Source of the DNA: Tubiluchus corallicola
Lineage: Eukaryota; Animalia; Priapulida
DNA: 64,000 bases
Direction: 5' to 3'
Assembly (NCBI GenBank): GCA_030141605.1
Contig: JAQGDQ010000026.1
Span: 806,001 to 870,000, forward strand
Of the stretch, positions 36,163 through 51,100 are shown in pieces. The notes under the pieces were generated by a model. The model saw only the letters and a list, made by a program, of their open reading frames with translations, did no database searches and had not been told where the DNA came from. The position numbers and the translations under genes are program-made. Positions within the stretch are counted from its first letter, which is position 1. Every line of letters begins with the position of its first letter.

Positions 36163-39100
36163 CTAGTCATCACTGTCACTTTGGTCTAAATTTTGCTCAT
36201 CTGCACCTCCAGCTCTTCGGCCTAAAGACAAAAAAATATTTAACAAAAAATGTTACGACAGTCTATTAAAAAAAAACAAATTGTGAGTACAATCTTGCTA
36301 CAGTCAGCAACATCAGTATAAATGTCCAGCCACAATACAATTTACTAAATTAAAAATCATTTACAAGCTACAATGCCACATGGATGGATTAACAGACGGA
36401 TAGAATAAATGGCTAGTAGGCTGAGTGAATAATTAGCAACTGAATGATTGAATATAGGACTAAGTAACTTATTGATAGAAGATTGAATGAACAAATACAC
36501 ATGTGAGTGAATAAGTAATAGACAAAAAACAAGCAAATTAATGAAAAATGAATATTCTAGCATTGAGCATTCTACACATATGTAGCAGCAAACACAAACT
36601 TTACGCTATTCCTTTTTATATTCCATTATAATTTTCCAGCGCTTTTCAATTTTACAAATAGATGTACAATTGAAATTGCATACCTGTACGGATGCGATTG
36701 AGGGATGCCAGCATCCTGATCATGAATGACGCAGGGACAGTAATCGTGTCTCGAGTTTCTTGCAACATCTTCTCATTTCGCAGCATCAGCTGAAAATAGA
36801 TATTCACTTCAAATTTGAATTCAATTCATTTGTTGCTCGAAAATAGAGATGGGGTGGCAGAAAGCAGTATAAAGTATGGTTATGAAATCAAGTCATCCCT
36901 AGATATCTCTTCTATAACATGCTTGAAAAATTTGATATATTGGCAAAATGAAAAGGTTATAAAACAAAGAATATAAACATGGAACATTTGTAGCCACCTC
37001 TATATTGCAACTGTATGCATTTACTTTGTAAACTGAATGGAACATGGCTATATCCTTACTTGCAGTGGTTAATTATTATTATTATTGTTATTATTACACA
37101 AAATTTGTACCCGCAGTTGATTACAAATGTTTTTTATGGCAACTAACAACCGAGTCAGCATTATAGTTAAAATGTGAACAGATCACATTATAACCCAGTG
37201 AATTTAAACTAAACACTGTACAGTGTAGACAAAACATGAAATTGTACAATAGTGTGAGAGCATAAAAGGCATAAAATGAACAGATGTGTCTTAAGTTTTT
37301 TCTTGAACACATCAAGTTTTGTGCAACAATGCAAATGAAGTGGGAGTTTGTTCTATTTTCTTGGGCAAGCAACAGAAAAACATCTGTCTGCAAAGTTTTA
37401 AAACGATCAGATGGTATGTCTAGTTCAGCCTGAGTACTTATTGGATACTAAAAAAAATGATAAACTAATGACTAGAAATTGGCAACTTCACATAAAATTC
37501 TTCTGAGAAAAATTCAATTACCACAAAGATTATCAAAAACTACCCGATTTCAACAGTCCACAAATATGAAAGAATGAACGCTGATATAATTACCTTTTCA
37601 ACCGATGATTTAAAAAAATAATAACTGTTTATTATACAGAAATAATCACAAATTTCATAAAAATAAAGCAAGTGACAGAAAAATGACCACCCTCCATCAT
37701 GTTGTATGTAAAAACTAGAACCAAAAACTTCTTCACACACTAAATCCCCAAGGCTAAGCAAAAATTTTCTGCATGTCACATGCAACAAAGATCTTCTAAG
37801 GAGACTTGGTCAATGTCATGTGGACAACAATACTATTCAACTTTTAGCATGGTTACTGGTTAGTGGATCACTAACCAATGAAATACAATAATTCTCTTTC
37901 TCTTGTCTTGTCAACTGACAAACGACGACAATTTGAATTATATTTATTTCAATAAAATGAAAATTACACTTACAACATCAGCAAACTCCTCGTCGAATTT
38001 CGGTTCTGGATGAAGTGGCGCCCATAACTTAATGTCATAATCTATTCCACTAGTTGCTAAAACTAAATATATGCAATTATTAATAATATATTAATGATTC
38101 TAATTAATTAATTCATTGTATACTAAAATGTATAGGCACAAACTTTATAATGTTCTTACTTATTGTGCTGGTATGAATGGATATGATAGAGACATTGCAA
38201 CTACAGTACATGCTGTAGTTTCACCATTCTCAACCATTCATAGTATCATCCCAATGATGGCTTATCTTTTAATAAGGACCATGTTCGCCCCTACCCTATT
38301 CTTTCAAAATGTTGTTAGAGTATCATATATGCAAAAACATTTGTGACAGTTTCGGAACGAGTTTAAGAGTTTTTTGGAAAGGCAAGCAAGAGTGCCAAGA
38401 CGATTAGGGGATTTTTTAACAAGGTTTGTCAAAAGTTGCATTTCAAGGATTTACAGCAAGGAAAGTCATCTCTCACACATATATTTTACTTAATAACTAG
38501 TTTACATACGTTAGTAAAATACTAAATGAAAACAAAACGTATAACAGGAAACAAGATTTATAAAATAAAAATGTAGAAGCGTACTTTGGCATATAAAGCT
38601 TCAAGATAAGTGCAAAATTATACTTTGGTTTGCCTTGTAAACACATAAACTTACTGGCATCATATGGATTAGGCTGAAGGCAATTGACAACATGTTTATC
38701 ACCCTCTAAAATGTTGACTAGTTTTCCTGTGTACCTGTCCCAGAAGAAGATATGCCCACAATCGCTACCGCTCATAACAAAATTGTTACCCCAGAAATTG
38801 GCTTCTTTGATCTAAAACAACAAAAAGGACAATACAGATGCAGAAAATGAAATAAAGTTTATGCATTAAAAACGTATTGCCTTACTTTACAATTGATATT
38901 AATTTAGTTTACAAGCATAGCTTCTTGGTGTTAAGTTTTTTGTCACTATTGCCTGCCACTTTGTTTAAAAAAATTTGTGTGCCAATCATTGGGAGAATAG
39001 TTGCAAAACTTAGTACAAGCTCCGCCATAAAGAATTCTTGCTTCACTTGCATAAAAATATTTTCAAATTATATCAGTGAACTAGATATATTGCAGTAATA

Positions 39101-42100
39101 CAATTTTGTCACTCAGACCTTAGCTTTGCAGTACACCACTATACAAAAACAAGTGCAAAATGGCAAAGCAGTTATGCTGCACTACAACAGATGTTCCGAT
39201 ACTTTTGCTGTTGTTTATACCATCTAAAGGCATTTCTTTCAACATCAGGTGGCCCAAATACAAGTCAAGTCGTACCATTGTCCTTGCATTTCGGTGGCCC
39301 TTGTAACACTGCTTCATAACTGGCTGATCTACAGCTTTCAGTTCCATTTCCTCCCTTTCATTATCTTCCTGTCTTCTCCGAAAGAATTCCTGTATCCTTG
39401 TTGCAGCTGATCTCGCACGACTTTCCGACACACCTCTGTAATTACACTCTAAGTTTTACATGCTTATCTAAACTCTAAATCAAGCACTGAGTACTAAGTT
39501 TCATACTTTCACTAATAAAACACATTTTAGTTGGTCATACCTACGAGTAGGAATAGCTCTTAGTTGTGCGTCTTCATCATCAGAGTCATCGACAGGGGCA
39601 GAACCAGTGCTAGGTCCACTGATGCCAATGCGACGAGTTCTTCGGTTTATCCCAGGTCTGTTGCCTGTTTAATAAGCACACGAACAACATTTTTAACTGA
39701 ACATTTACGTAACATGCTTTATGTTAACTTCATAAACCAACTCACATTAATCTAAATATTTAAAAATCCCTATGAAAGACCAATTGAAAATCCCTGAACT
39801 ACTGTTCTGAACAACTCCAAGACAGACAGAGTTGGTAACATTGCAAATGAATTTTAAATCTCATAGTTGTCTGGGATAGGAATAGCTTTCAATTCATGAA
39901 ATGAAGACATGTTTAATTTATTTCCTAATAGTTTTGAGCAAAAAGGCAGTAAACAAGATAGTGAGAGCTTTCATTATTAAAACCAGTGAAAGCTAATGTC
40001 TCAGTGTAAGTTTATAATTAGCCATACTGATATTGCAGCACGCAAGTCAACCTCTACTAACTTTCCAAAGATACAAGCAAGCATTGAATACAGTGTATGA
40101 AACAGCTGGATGAAAGATTAAAAAATCATCCTCACTCATGCTGATACTCCGCAGTAAAAATAGGGAGGCAACATGAAAAACCAAAAAACTTGAACATGGC
40201 TAAAAACTCCTAATCACCTGACAGACCAGTGTACATCAGAAGAGAGAGCAGAGTAGTATAAATATTGAAAATCACTTGATGTGAAATACCCTTGACTAAT
40301 ACACTGAAAATCTTCAAGGATTACACAATTAACCGACAGCATGTCACTGACATTTTGGCATGCGTCTAGTGTAAGCAAACATTTAATTTATATAAAAGCA
40401 ATGAACTGTCAAGAGATGTTTTCTATAAACTGTTGTAGACTGTGCTTAAAATGGCTGCTTGTAGGTTCTCTACATTTTTTTCAACATAAGATTATTTTCA
40501 GACAAAATACACTTTTAATAATAACAATGAAATAAAAAAAGCATTGAAATGATGTGCCTCTTTATTTAAAATTAACTTAAAAATACAGTAAGTCAGAGTT
40601 CAGAAAACTTGTCGAAAAGGAAAGATTTTTAATGATGGTTCTGGGATTTCTGGGTCTGTAACTCTATGAAAACATATTCATGTTTATGCTTCTTAGTTCA
40701 ACAGAAGTTTTAACCAAGTTAGTAAAATGGCTTAGATAAAAAAATCTGTATCACATCAAACGTACTAAATAGACAGATATTTAATTAGAATTTGTATTGG
40801 TGTCGCAGTTCATGAATAATAGTTAGAACACTATATGAAGGTTATAAATTTCACAGATCACTGTACCATCAATAATCTGCAGCCAGCATTTGTATAAAAC
40901 TATTTATCAATTACAAATTCCAAGTTACTTATAATTTTTTGCTACAAAAACAGCATTTGGCAAACAATCTCAAGGTTAACTCCAAGTTAGATATGTCACA
41001 AGCAACATAATAAATTAAGCATGCATGATTACTTAGCACAACCATACATGCAAAATTCACATCATTGTTAATGTAGGGAAGTATTGAAAACTACAGTAAG
41101 GTAAGACTAAATTTTCTTTTTTATAAATCATTTTAATAGTATAAAGAAAGACTAGCCAATTTAAATAGTATACATAAGTGCAATGATATTGCTATTTATG
41201 ACTAGTAGTAGTATGAATAGATGTGCAATGATATTTGTTAAGTATATGCCGGTATCCAATTTATACACAAACTCAAAGTATACAGAATGTACACAAGTAA
41301 TAAACAATAGAAAGCACTGACCTAAAGTAAATGACAGACTGATGAGCAATACTATTCTATTCTAAAATATTGAATTAAAAGATAACAGCTTCTGATGATA
41401 ACTCAAAAAATTCAGAAGACCAGAGATAGGAAATGCACACAGAAGTTTTTATGCACTTATGCGACATAGAGCATAATGCACACTTCTTGCTACTGCTATT
41501 GCCAGAAAAACAGTTGCTGTAATGCCTTCTTAATGACAAAACAAAGATAATTTAAATATTCTAATGTGTTAGTTAAGGCAGTTAATTACAAAGCAAAGCA
41601 AAATATTATCAAGAAGTGACCGCGACATGCTCCCAAAATCGTAAAGATTCTTGAATCCTTGTCACTCTACAGCCAGAACACCACAAATTTCCAGAAACTT
41701 CTAAATTTAATCTCATTTGCATTCACGCTACGTCCTTATTAAGTGTTAATTACATGTTCACTCTCAATGAAGCCTGTATGCCATGCAGAAACTTACTAAT
41801 ACCATCAGCAGCTTGATCAGCAGAATCAGGTGTTTCTGATTTACTAGTGACATCAGCATCTTCCACTGTTGCACTGCTGGGCGATGACATGCACAAGGTA
41901 GCTGGCACCCCTTCTGTTGTCATGGTTACAGATGCATCTGTACTAGGTGCATCAAGTTCTTCCATTGTTATAGAACTTTGATTGCTTAAATTCTTTGCGC
42001 ATTCCTCAGCCGCAGCTGGTTCAGCCTCCCCTCCTGTAACTGGTAAGGATGCTTCCAAATTCTGAGTGGAGACAGTTTCATCCATTATTAAAGAAATCTC

Positions 42101-45100
42101 TACAGGTGCATCAGGTGTACTACCACTTGCTGTCTTAGGCACTGAGTCACCAGCATGATCTATGAATATGGTGACAAGTGAAGACAAAGATCTCGCATAA
42201 GAATAGGAGAGTGAAGAACAGTATGTGAAAGATCTTACCATTATGTAAATGAACCTGAGCATTTATTTGAAAGACACAGTTTTGTATTAACCCAAACCAT
42301 GAAAGTGCACACTCACAGACTTTTGCAAAGTCAATTTGCTATGCACGTTCAATATGCTGACTCCTGTGAAAGATATCCTCAAAGATTAAGCATGAACAAA
42401 ATAAATGTTTTCAAATTATAGCAGTTTCACAGGCCTTCTGTACAAAACTCATTAAAGTCTCATGGTCTCATATGCAATGACAACTAAATATACCATATCC
42501 AGTGGTCACTCTTAATGTGCTCAGGTCAGGATAAATTCACTACATTAATAAGTCCTGCTAAACATGACGTATAAATGAAATTATGCCTTTCCGAGCTGAA
42601 ATGTGTAAATAACATACTGTGTGTAGTTTCAATACTACAATTAAATTCCAAACATGTACATTCATTTTGATGTTAGATTGTAGATTACAGATACAAAAAT
42701 ATTTGTAAGTGAAATGTTTTTCAGGATAATTATATTACAAGAATTTCATACCATTTACCACGCCAATAACAAAAATCAACACACCTGTAGTACCAGGATC
42801 ACTCGTTCTTCTTCTGATAGGTCGTCGATCTTCCAAGCGTTCACGTAGTGGAAGGTAATGTTGTCGAACAGCCTCGTCACCACTTTCAGCATCAGGTCCA
42901 TATCCAGAGAATGCATCATCATCGTCGTCGTCGTCATCATCATCATCATCATTTTCTTCGTTATTTACATTCCGTGTAGTGCTGCCTATGCTGGATGACA
43001 TGCTCTGCTTTACAGACTCTAGCGTTGATTCCACGGAACCTGTATAGGTAACATCTAGAAAAATAAAAGTGCATTTAAAGCAACAATTTGTAATATCACA
43101 GCCAGTGTCATTCAATCTGTGAACTGGCAGCAGTGACCAACAAGCAGACTTTTTCAAGATCATGCACTGCCAAAATAAAAAAGCTACTTCGATAACAAGG
43201 ATGTCAAAAACGTCAATATTTAAATAAACAGCAAGGACAAAATGCAATTTAAAAAAAAACAAACAGCATAAAGTGAGTAATTTCAAATGTATTTACCGTC
43301 ACAAAAATCAACTTTGATGTTAACACCCGTCTTGTTTTTCTCTTCTACTTCCGTCGAAGAAACCGTTCCTGTAGGCAAATTGTCACATGGATGAGCAACA
43401 TCTGCCAACTCACCAGTTTCCTTAATCGAGTCATTTGTCAAAGAAACATTGCTTGAAATTTGTTTGGAAGTACCAGGGCAAGTAACTACATGGCCTGAAG
43501 GCTCCTGTGTTTCATTAGTATTTAATTCATCGTTACGAGAAACACCACATTGTGGTAAATGAGACTCTGGACTTCTTGCACTAGCAGATCTTGGAGAAGA
43601 CTTTAAAACAGTTGAAACTGAAGGTGCATCATTACTTGTCAGCAATTCTGAAGAAACAGTTTCAGAAGAATGAGAGGAGTTACCATGTTGACTAGAATCG
43701 GGTGCCTGCTGAATAGTATCTGCCAAACTTCTATGGCCATCATCCTGAGTTTGCATTTCCTCAAAGCCCACTGTGATAATACCACTTGTAACACCTTCGC
43801 CGCTGTACTGTAAATTTATTACAGGTTTCATAACATCCTGCTCTCTGAGGCTTTCCTTTAGCGAAGATATATTATCAGTAACTCGTTCTATATTCTGAAT
43901 TACAGATACAGTTCTAAGATCTGGACTAGGGTTGTCTGGAGTGCAAGATAAATCTTCTGTATCACCAGATGACTTAACTACAGGTAAATCCAAAGGTGCA
44001 ATTTTTTCCGTTAAACAACTAGTAGCGATATCTGCAGATGAAGGTGCATCACCACCAGTATTAACTTTTTGCATGCTTGCCTCTTCATCTTTATTAGTAA
44101 TTAGCACTGGTATATCGTTCGCTTCTCTTTTGTGACTTGGCAAAACTGGTTCAAGAGCACCTCTTTCTAACAATGTCTCAGTTGACTGTAACTGTCCAAC
44201 AGTCTGAGAAGGCTTCCTCGGCTCATACTCAATTGATTTGCATGGGGACTTTTTTGATGAAGGCAGAAGAGCCTCCTCTGCAAGAGCAGGAAAATTCTCG
44301 GTTATAGTAGTGTCATCTACAGCCGGTTCTTTAGTTTCCAGGACTGGAGATTCTATCACCTCTACCTTTTTTGGAACCGCGTTTAAAGTACCATCTACTT
44401 CCTTTTGAATTCCTACTGGCTGGACAGTATGTTCTTCACCAAATGTACATTCTAAAGAATTAGACTCGGACTTAGAAGAAACTTCAACTGGACTATCCAC
44501 TGCATCATTTAAGGCTTCCCCAATTTCCTGCTTGATAGTTGATGGTTGTTTGATGGTTGCACTTTCTGATGTAGAATCTACAGCATCAGCTGAGGTTTCA
44601 CTGAGAGCAACCTGTTGGTCTTGTTCTGCTCCAGCTTGAGCAGCGCTGTCACCAGTTCTACCTTCACTTGATTCCGGTTCTGGATTTTCAACTGATTCAG
44701 CAGCTGGATGAAAAAAACATGAATGAAGCAAAGAAAGAATATCTATGGAAAACACTTATACACAATTTACTTAAAAAATACTTAATATACAGAAAATTTT
44801 TTGAAGCTCCTCGCAGTAGCAGTTTATAATTTATCATTCAAAATGACACAAGTGTTAGCAGAAAAAAACAAGCACTGATAATTATTATCAGCTTCCATAC
44901 AGTTGGGCACTCTATAAGCTTGGATCTAGCCTTGCAGGAACTACTTACTGAACTTTGCTCATTATCAAGGAAAATCCTCTATGGTTAGATACTGAGCCAG
45001 CATCTTAGATACATTGTGATGCATACATGCTCTCCTTCAATGAAAAAAATAGCCAGGGTATAAAATGGAACCACCCAAAAGCAGTTTCCTTAGCAATCAC

Positions 45101-48100
45101 ATACCTTTTAACTAACCAGGACAACACCCAACTAATGTAACGCTTGGTGATGCTTTTGCAGCAAATAAACTTTAATGTTTCCCAGCAACTTTTTACCATT
45201 TCTCCACCGTTAACCGTAACTATTCCTAAACTATTTCATTTTTACAGAAACTCTAAAATGGAGGCGAATACTAATATTTACAATCGAAATACAGCCTAAA
45301 ATCTATCCCACCCGTAAGCTACTTTTGTACCTTGTTCTTGTTGTTCACTTCTCCGTCGTTCTGCTACCCGTCTCCGCATTTCCTCTGGATTTTCTATCCA
45401 CTGGGTCAGCATGTGGGACATACGTTCCATGGCAGTGATAAATGGCCTGGGTTGAGCTGGCTGATCCGAATCTGGCACAAAATAGCATGTTTATCATAAC
45501 CAACAAATACAAATAGCCAATAGCCTGTCAGGCAGTAATGCAGCAAAATAATACCAACTCGATAACATACAGAAAAACTGTAACAAGTCTCCTTTATTTT
45601 ACGTGAGTCCTACACCGAGTCAGTTATTTCTGGCTAGGAAAATTCTTCTGGTAACTTGCAGTTTAACTGTTTCCATAACTTAACATGGTGGTTGATTCAA
45701 GTGACCAGTATCATAACTTACCGGTATGTCTTATAAATAAGGGTAGAAAAAACTGTTCATTTCCAATAACGTATGAAAAAATTCTTGGTTAGTCGGCAAA
45801 TTCTTTTAATTTTATCATTTATATTATACAATATTTTATCACAGTGTGCGATAGTCTTAAAACAAAGTACTTGCTAGACTGTCGTAAATTTAGTAAGGCA
45901 TTAGAAATGGTAAATAAAAGATTTTTATTAGAAAAATGCATACTTCTTTTTGTTTAAAAGAAAATTAAATGATCAGGATTTGTACTCATCATTTTGCAAT
46001 TTAGTAGAAGACTTGGTTCTCTTGCAGTCAGGTACTCTCATTCCTGGTCATATTTCAACAAACACTCGGACATTGATGCAGAAGCCTGCAGCAGGTTTAC
46101 TTATTTGTGCCTTGCAATTGCTATCACAAGCAAATTGGTGCATAGTTGCCATATTTGTAGCCATTGCTGTGTATACTACAAATGCCTGCGATGAACGATT
46201 GCAAGGAACCATTGTTCAAGGTCATATTCCATTTTTTAAACGAAAATGGTTTGTTAGTTGTAACGTTCTCAGATACTTGCAGAAAAGTTTTTATTTAAAA
46301 AAATTGGTTGGCTGTGTTACTAGAACTAGATAACATTTCTAGACAATGTTTTAAATAATGCATGTTTTTCTACATGTATTTTTCATTTGTATATAATAAA
46401 AAATTACATATCAATGTTTCATTTTATTTTAAGAAAAAAGTTGTTAATCCACGAGATAAGTTGTAAAAACATTGTGCCTAACACTAATATTTCAAGTGAA
46501 AATATAATACACTTTAGAAATAAAAGGAAGTGCTATAGAAAAATATAGTTAACAATTTTAAAAACATAGCAGCCAGGCTAATGTGCATAATGCTAGTAAC
46601 TATTAAAACCTGAACTTTGCTGTCGATCACTAGCTGGTCTAGCTTGAGGTCCAGTATCAGACCAATCACCACGTAGCCTTAATCGCTTGATAGGTGGCAC
46701 TGATGGTGAGCTCCCAGAGTCGCTGCTCGACTGTTTTTCCAAGACTTTTGGCTCCTTGTCCAATTCCTAAGTAACAAAATTTTATAATAAATGAAGCATT
46801 TTGGACTAAATGTTTATGCGGATATCATATATGAGAGGTCACAATGAGGACAGAGATAGCTACTTAAGGACTTTTAGCATTTGGATGATATGCCAATAGT
46901 TTAAAACCCATTGATAGTATTTTGGTATAACCAGTTTAATCCAACGGAAATTTAACGAAAATTTGGTTGACTGTACTGGAAGCCCAGTAAAGCAAACATT
47001 TATATGTCGAGTCAACTAACATTAGATCTGAAATACTCACCTTGGTGTTAAACAAATAAACATACTCAGATGAGTAACTAGCAAGGATTTCATCTCCATC
47101 CGGACTGTGACAAAGAGATGTTACCCGATGGGAACTGCCTTCCAGGCCAGGTGGAATAAACCGTTGCATTAAACCTTTTGCGGCTTTTGTCACATAATTT
47201 CCTAACCAAAAGTGAATTTGTTAAATTAAGCAGATAGTCTCATCATAAAACTGCAGATTTTTATTTTATAGCTTTGATGGCAACCAAATTTTAAGTGATC
47301 TTTTTCAGAAAAATTAACTTAGAAATTGCATCCATTTGCTCAGTAATTCTGCTTTAACTAGTTCTGTATGTGCAAAAATGGAACAAAAAAGTTTAAAACA
47401 AATGAAAAGCTTTCCTGACAAATCAGTGCTCGTAAGACTTGCAAAACATCGACAAGTACATTTTTACAGTTTTCACACAAGGGTTTTCAAAGGGTTAAGC
47501 TACAGAGTTTTCACCGTCTCTTATTTCTGATTTGTCTTTACTTAACCAGAATAGTTAACTTTATAATTCTGAAGCATTCTGCAAAGTTATATTAATTCTA
47601 ATCATTATACTGCCTGCTTCATTTACTGATACAAAAGAAACATTTACTTCTCAAAAAATTACATTAAGCACATACCTGTTGCCCTGGTACCTAGCATTCG
47701 CCTGTCAAATAATCGAACGGAACTGTCAGAACAACCGACTGCCAGCTGATAAGGTTTAAATTCATTACAACAAATGGCAGTCACGGCTCGACGGCAATTC
47801 ACAAGAATATCCTACAATGTACCACAAATCATTAGTTGAAAAGGTTGAAAACAACTTCCATGTTGCAATATGATACATCGTAATTTTTTGTAGTATAACA
47901 TAAAAATGCCATACGCTATACGTAACTAGATGTTTAACTGTATCTTGAACTAATTTCAGAACTCCGTAGCATCTACTCAAATAAGGACTCATTTCAGATC
48001 ACTGTAGCACATTATTCAAAAATGCAGGATACATCTAAAATCATTTTAAATGGATTATAAGCAGTGATGTGCAGTTATGAAAATTTATAATCAAAACTAC

Positions 48101-51100
48101 TTAAACAACATTCAAGATATTAACCATCTAATTACATGTCAAGGTGTGGGCAACATATTTCTGATGTTGCTTCACCTTACTGCTTATGGTTAATGTAGTC
48201 ATTGACTAGGAAAACAAAGCGCTGTATGTGTAACTTATAAACAGGGTTGTAAAAGTATCCAAATTTTAGGAACTGGTGCTCGTTGCTAGCTCTCATGCAG
48301 AAAAAGGAGCTAGGTCACATTCAAAGTTCTAAATTTGAAGGGACACAAAAAGACACAACTAAGTTAGTGACTCAAAGAAAAAACACACAAATACAGAGCA
48401 CAACACACTAACAAATGGCCAGACAACTTATCTTTCTTGCTTTACATTCGCACGAAAAAATTCTCTGTGGCCTTTGTAAGAAATCTCACTGTAAAAAAAA
48501 GCTTGCCATATACCACAACTTACTAGAACATACCTCTTTACAAGTCTCCTGGCGACATCTGTTTTTAATTCTCAAATCAAACCATCGTACAGTACCATCC
48601 TCCCCACAAGATATAAATGTATGAGGGTCATTCGGAACCGTAATTACCTGCAATGCCAGAAGACAGAATACATTGTTTTTTTGAATCATTTGTTAACTAT
48701 CAAAAATGTTGTACTTCCTGCAAAATAAAAATCACAATCAAAGTAAATGCAAGTTATTTAAAACGACCATAAAGTGAACACTGGCTTGTTTATTGAGTAG
48801 TTTATAAGCTATACTGCATATTTAGCATCTATAAAATTTCATTACCTCGTAACAAGTGCCGAAATGACAGTCGAAACAGTTGGCTCCATAATTATCATCA
48901 GTGTCTAAATCAGTGTAATATATTGTGCCATCACCAGAACAGGACACTAACTGCAAATTAAAAAAACGCTTTAACATTACAATGTATGCAAGAGAAGAGA
49001 TAACTTATTCTTAATGCCTTAATCAAAACAAAACACCATAATTCTGGACTCAAATTTTATACAAGTGAAATGCAAACCATAAAACAAAAGTCCTTATGCT
49101 ACATACAACTCACGAAACAATTTGTTAAATTCTGATTTATGCTCAAGTCAGATTTTATGCATTTTTAGTAACAGTAAAGTTGCTAGTTATTTACACACCT
49201 TGCTATCAGAGCTACCAGGAAGAAATTTTGCACTAAATATGTTGGATCTGTGGCCAGACTGCACTGAGGCAACCACCTGCAAAAGGCAAAAAATGCACAT
49301 TATGTCTCCTTAACACCAGGTTGACTATCAAAAATCAAATCTATAGTAAATTACTTTTACAACATATTACATTTATTGTTATTGTCATTTTGTTTAAAAA
49401 GATTCCCTATGTGTAAAGGGAGAAAAAAGTTTCCACAAATTAGATTTTCTTTCACTTACTAAGAATATCATCAAAACTAGAGTTTTCAAATTCTTAACAA
49501 CAAAAATAGCATCACACAATATTAACTAAGTTTATACCATTTTTTTATTAAAATGCAATGTATGATTGGAAACGTTGATTTTTTTAAGAAAAATTACTTA
49601 AAAATTTTAACAATGTGAGATGTTTATCAAAAATCATCAAAAGTGTTTACGTTAATAACCCCCTTCCCCCAAATAAATATGAAATTACCCTTCCAGAATA
49701 TGCATTTGTAATAACGAGTCGTTGATCGTCAGATCCTGACAAGAGTAATTGGCCAGACTCATTCCAACAAACTGTGTTTACCTAGAATGTGGAATATAAA
49801 TGACTAATGCTACAGTAACTAAAAATAGCTAAGCAAAATCTAAATGAAGGCGATTAGTTTTTGACGATTTTGCAACTTTTACAAAAATGTTTTCAAGACG
49901 AAAAATAGTCTTAATGAGCAAATATTAGTAACAGTGGTGTAGCATGGTTTTTGGCCACCCTGTGCGGCAGCCAAATTGGCTGCCCCAATCCTAAAACGTA
50001 ACACACCTTTGGTCACTACAGACACATGTATATGAAAGGTATTTATTCATATAAGGATTAAGGTTCTTAACGAAAAAATGAAAAACACTGAACAATAGGT
50101 GTTTAACCTTCTGATTTTTTTAAATGCGAAGTCCTTTAGGAACTCTTCATCATCAAGTGATTCGGCATATTCTCTTTCAATAGAAAGAATCGCTAAGTTA
50201 GTGACGTTAATCGTCTCGATTAACAACTTTCACATTTACAAAAATTTGAAATCAGGGGACAGCGTGACTACAAAATGCAGTCAACAGGCCAACTTCAAAA
50301 TTCAGCCATTTGCAAAAAGAATCACCAAAAAATACCTCAGAATCACAAGAAAGTAGTATAATTATATCAAGTGGCAAAAAAATGCGCCAATGTTTTGGAT
50401 ATTATAAGAAGAAAATAACGGACTCTTGAAAATTGCCACACTGATGCTACAGGCAGTTTTTGCATAAGCACTAAAAATGTTGAGTCATTTCCCTAGATTT
50501 TTCTAAAGATTCTAAAGCTCAATCACTTAATAAATTAGAGCAGTCTAATTAATTAATTTTAAATTGATTTAAATTCATGCTTTCATGATCCAATTTTATT
50601 GGCCAAATGAAGAGCAGAAGTGTATGGTACCAAAAATATCTGTGAAGCCCAATTTAATTTTAAACTGATTTAAATTTCTTGTTCCCATGGTCTACTTCAC
50701 TTGTTTCATAACTAAACGAAAGATCAGGCCAACCGAAAAAAAAAGTCTTACCTCACGAACTCAACAGATGTCAGTAGGCTGGAGGAAAAAATCATTTTTT
50801 AAAGCTTTGTGAATATTTAAAGCTGAATCGTGGAATATTTAAAATCAGTTGAAATCAAAGTTTGTTTACTTTCCCCGCTCGTTAGAAGTAATGTTTTAAA
50901 TTTTTCAATGTACATTTTCATGCTGTGTTTTTTAGTTTTTTGTTTCGCATTACTAAATTACGATATAATTAACAATTAGCTATTTTCATATTGTACGAAC
51001 GCATGTTCTTATAATCATGGTTAAGCGGCAATAGTACTCCCCTGTTAATGCGCTGATTTGGTGGAAAATACGATACTTTTTAGCCTCCAATATGATAATC

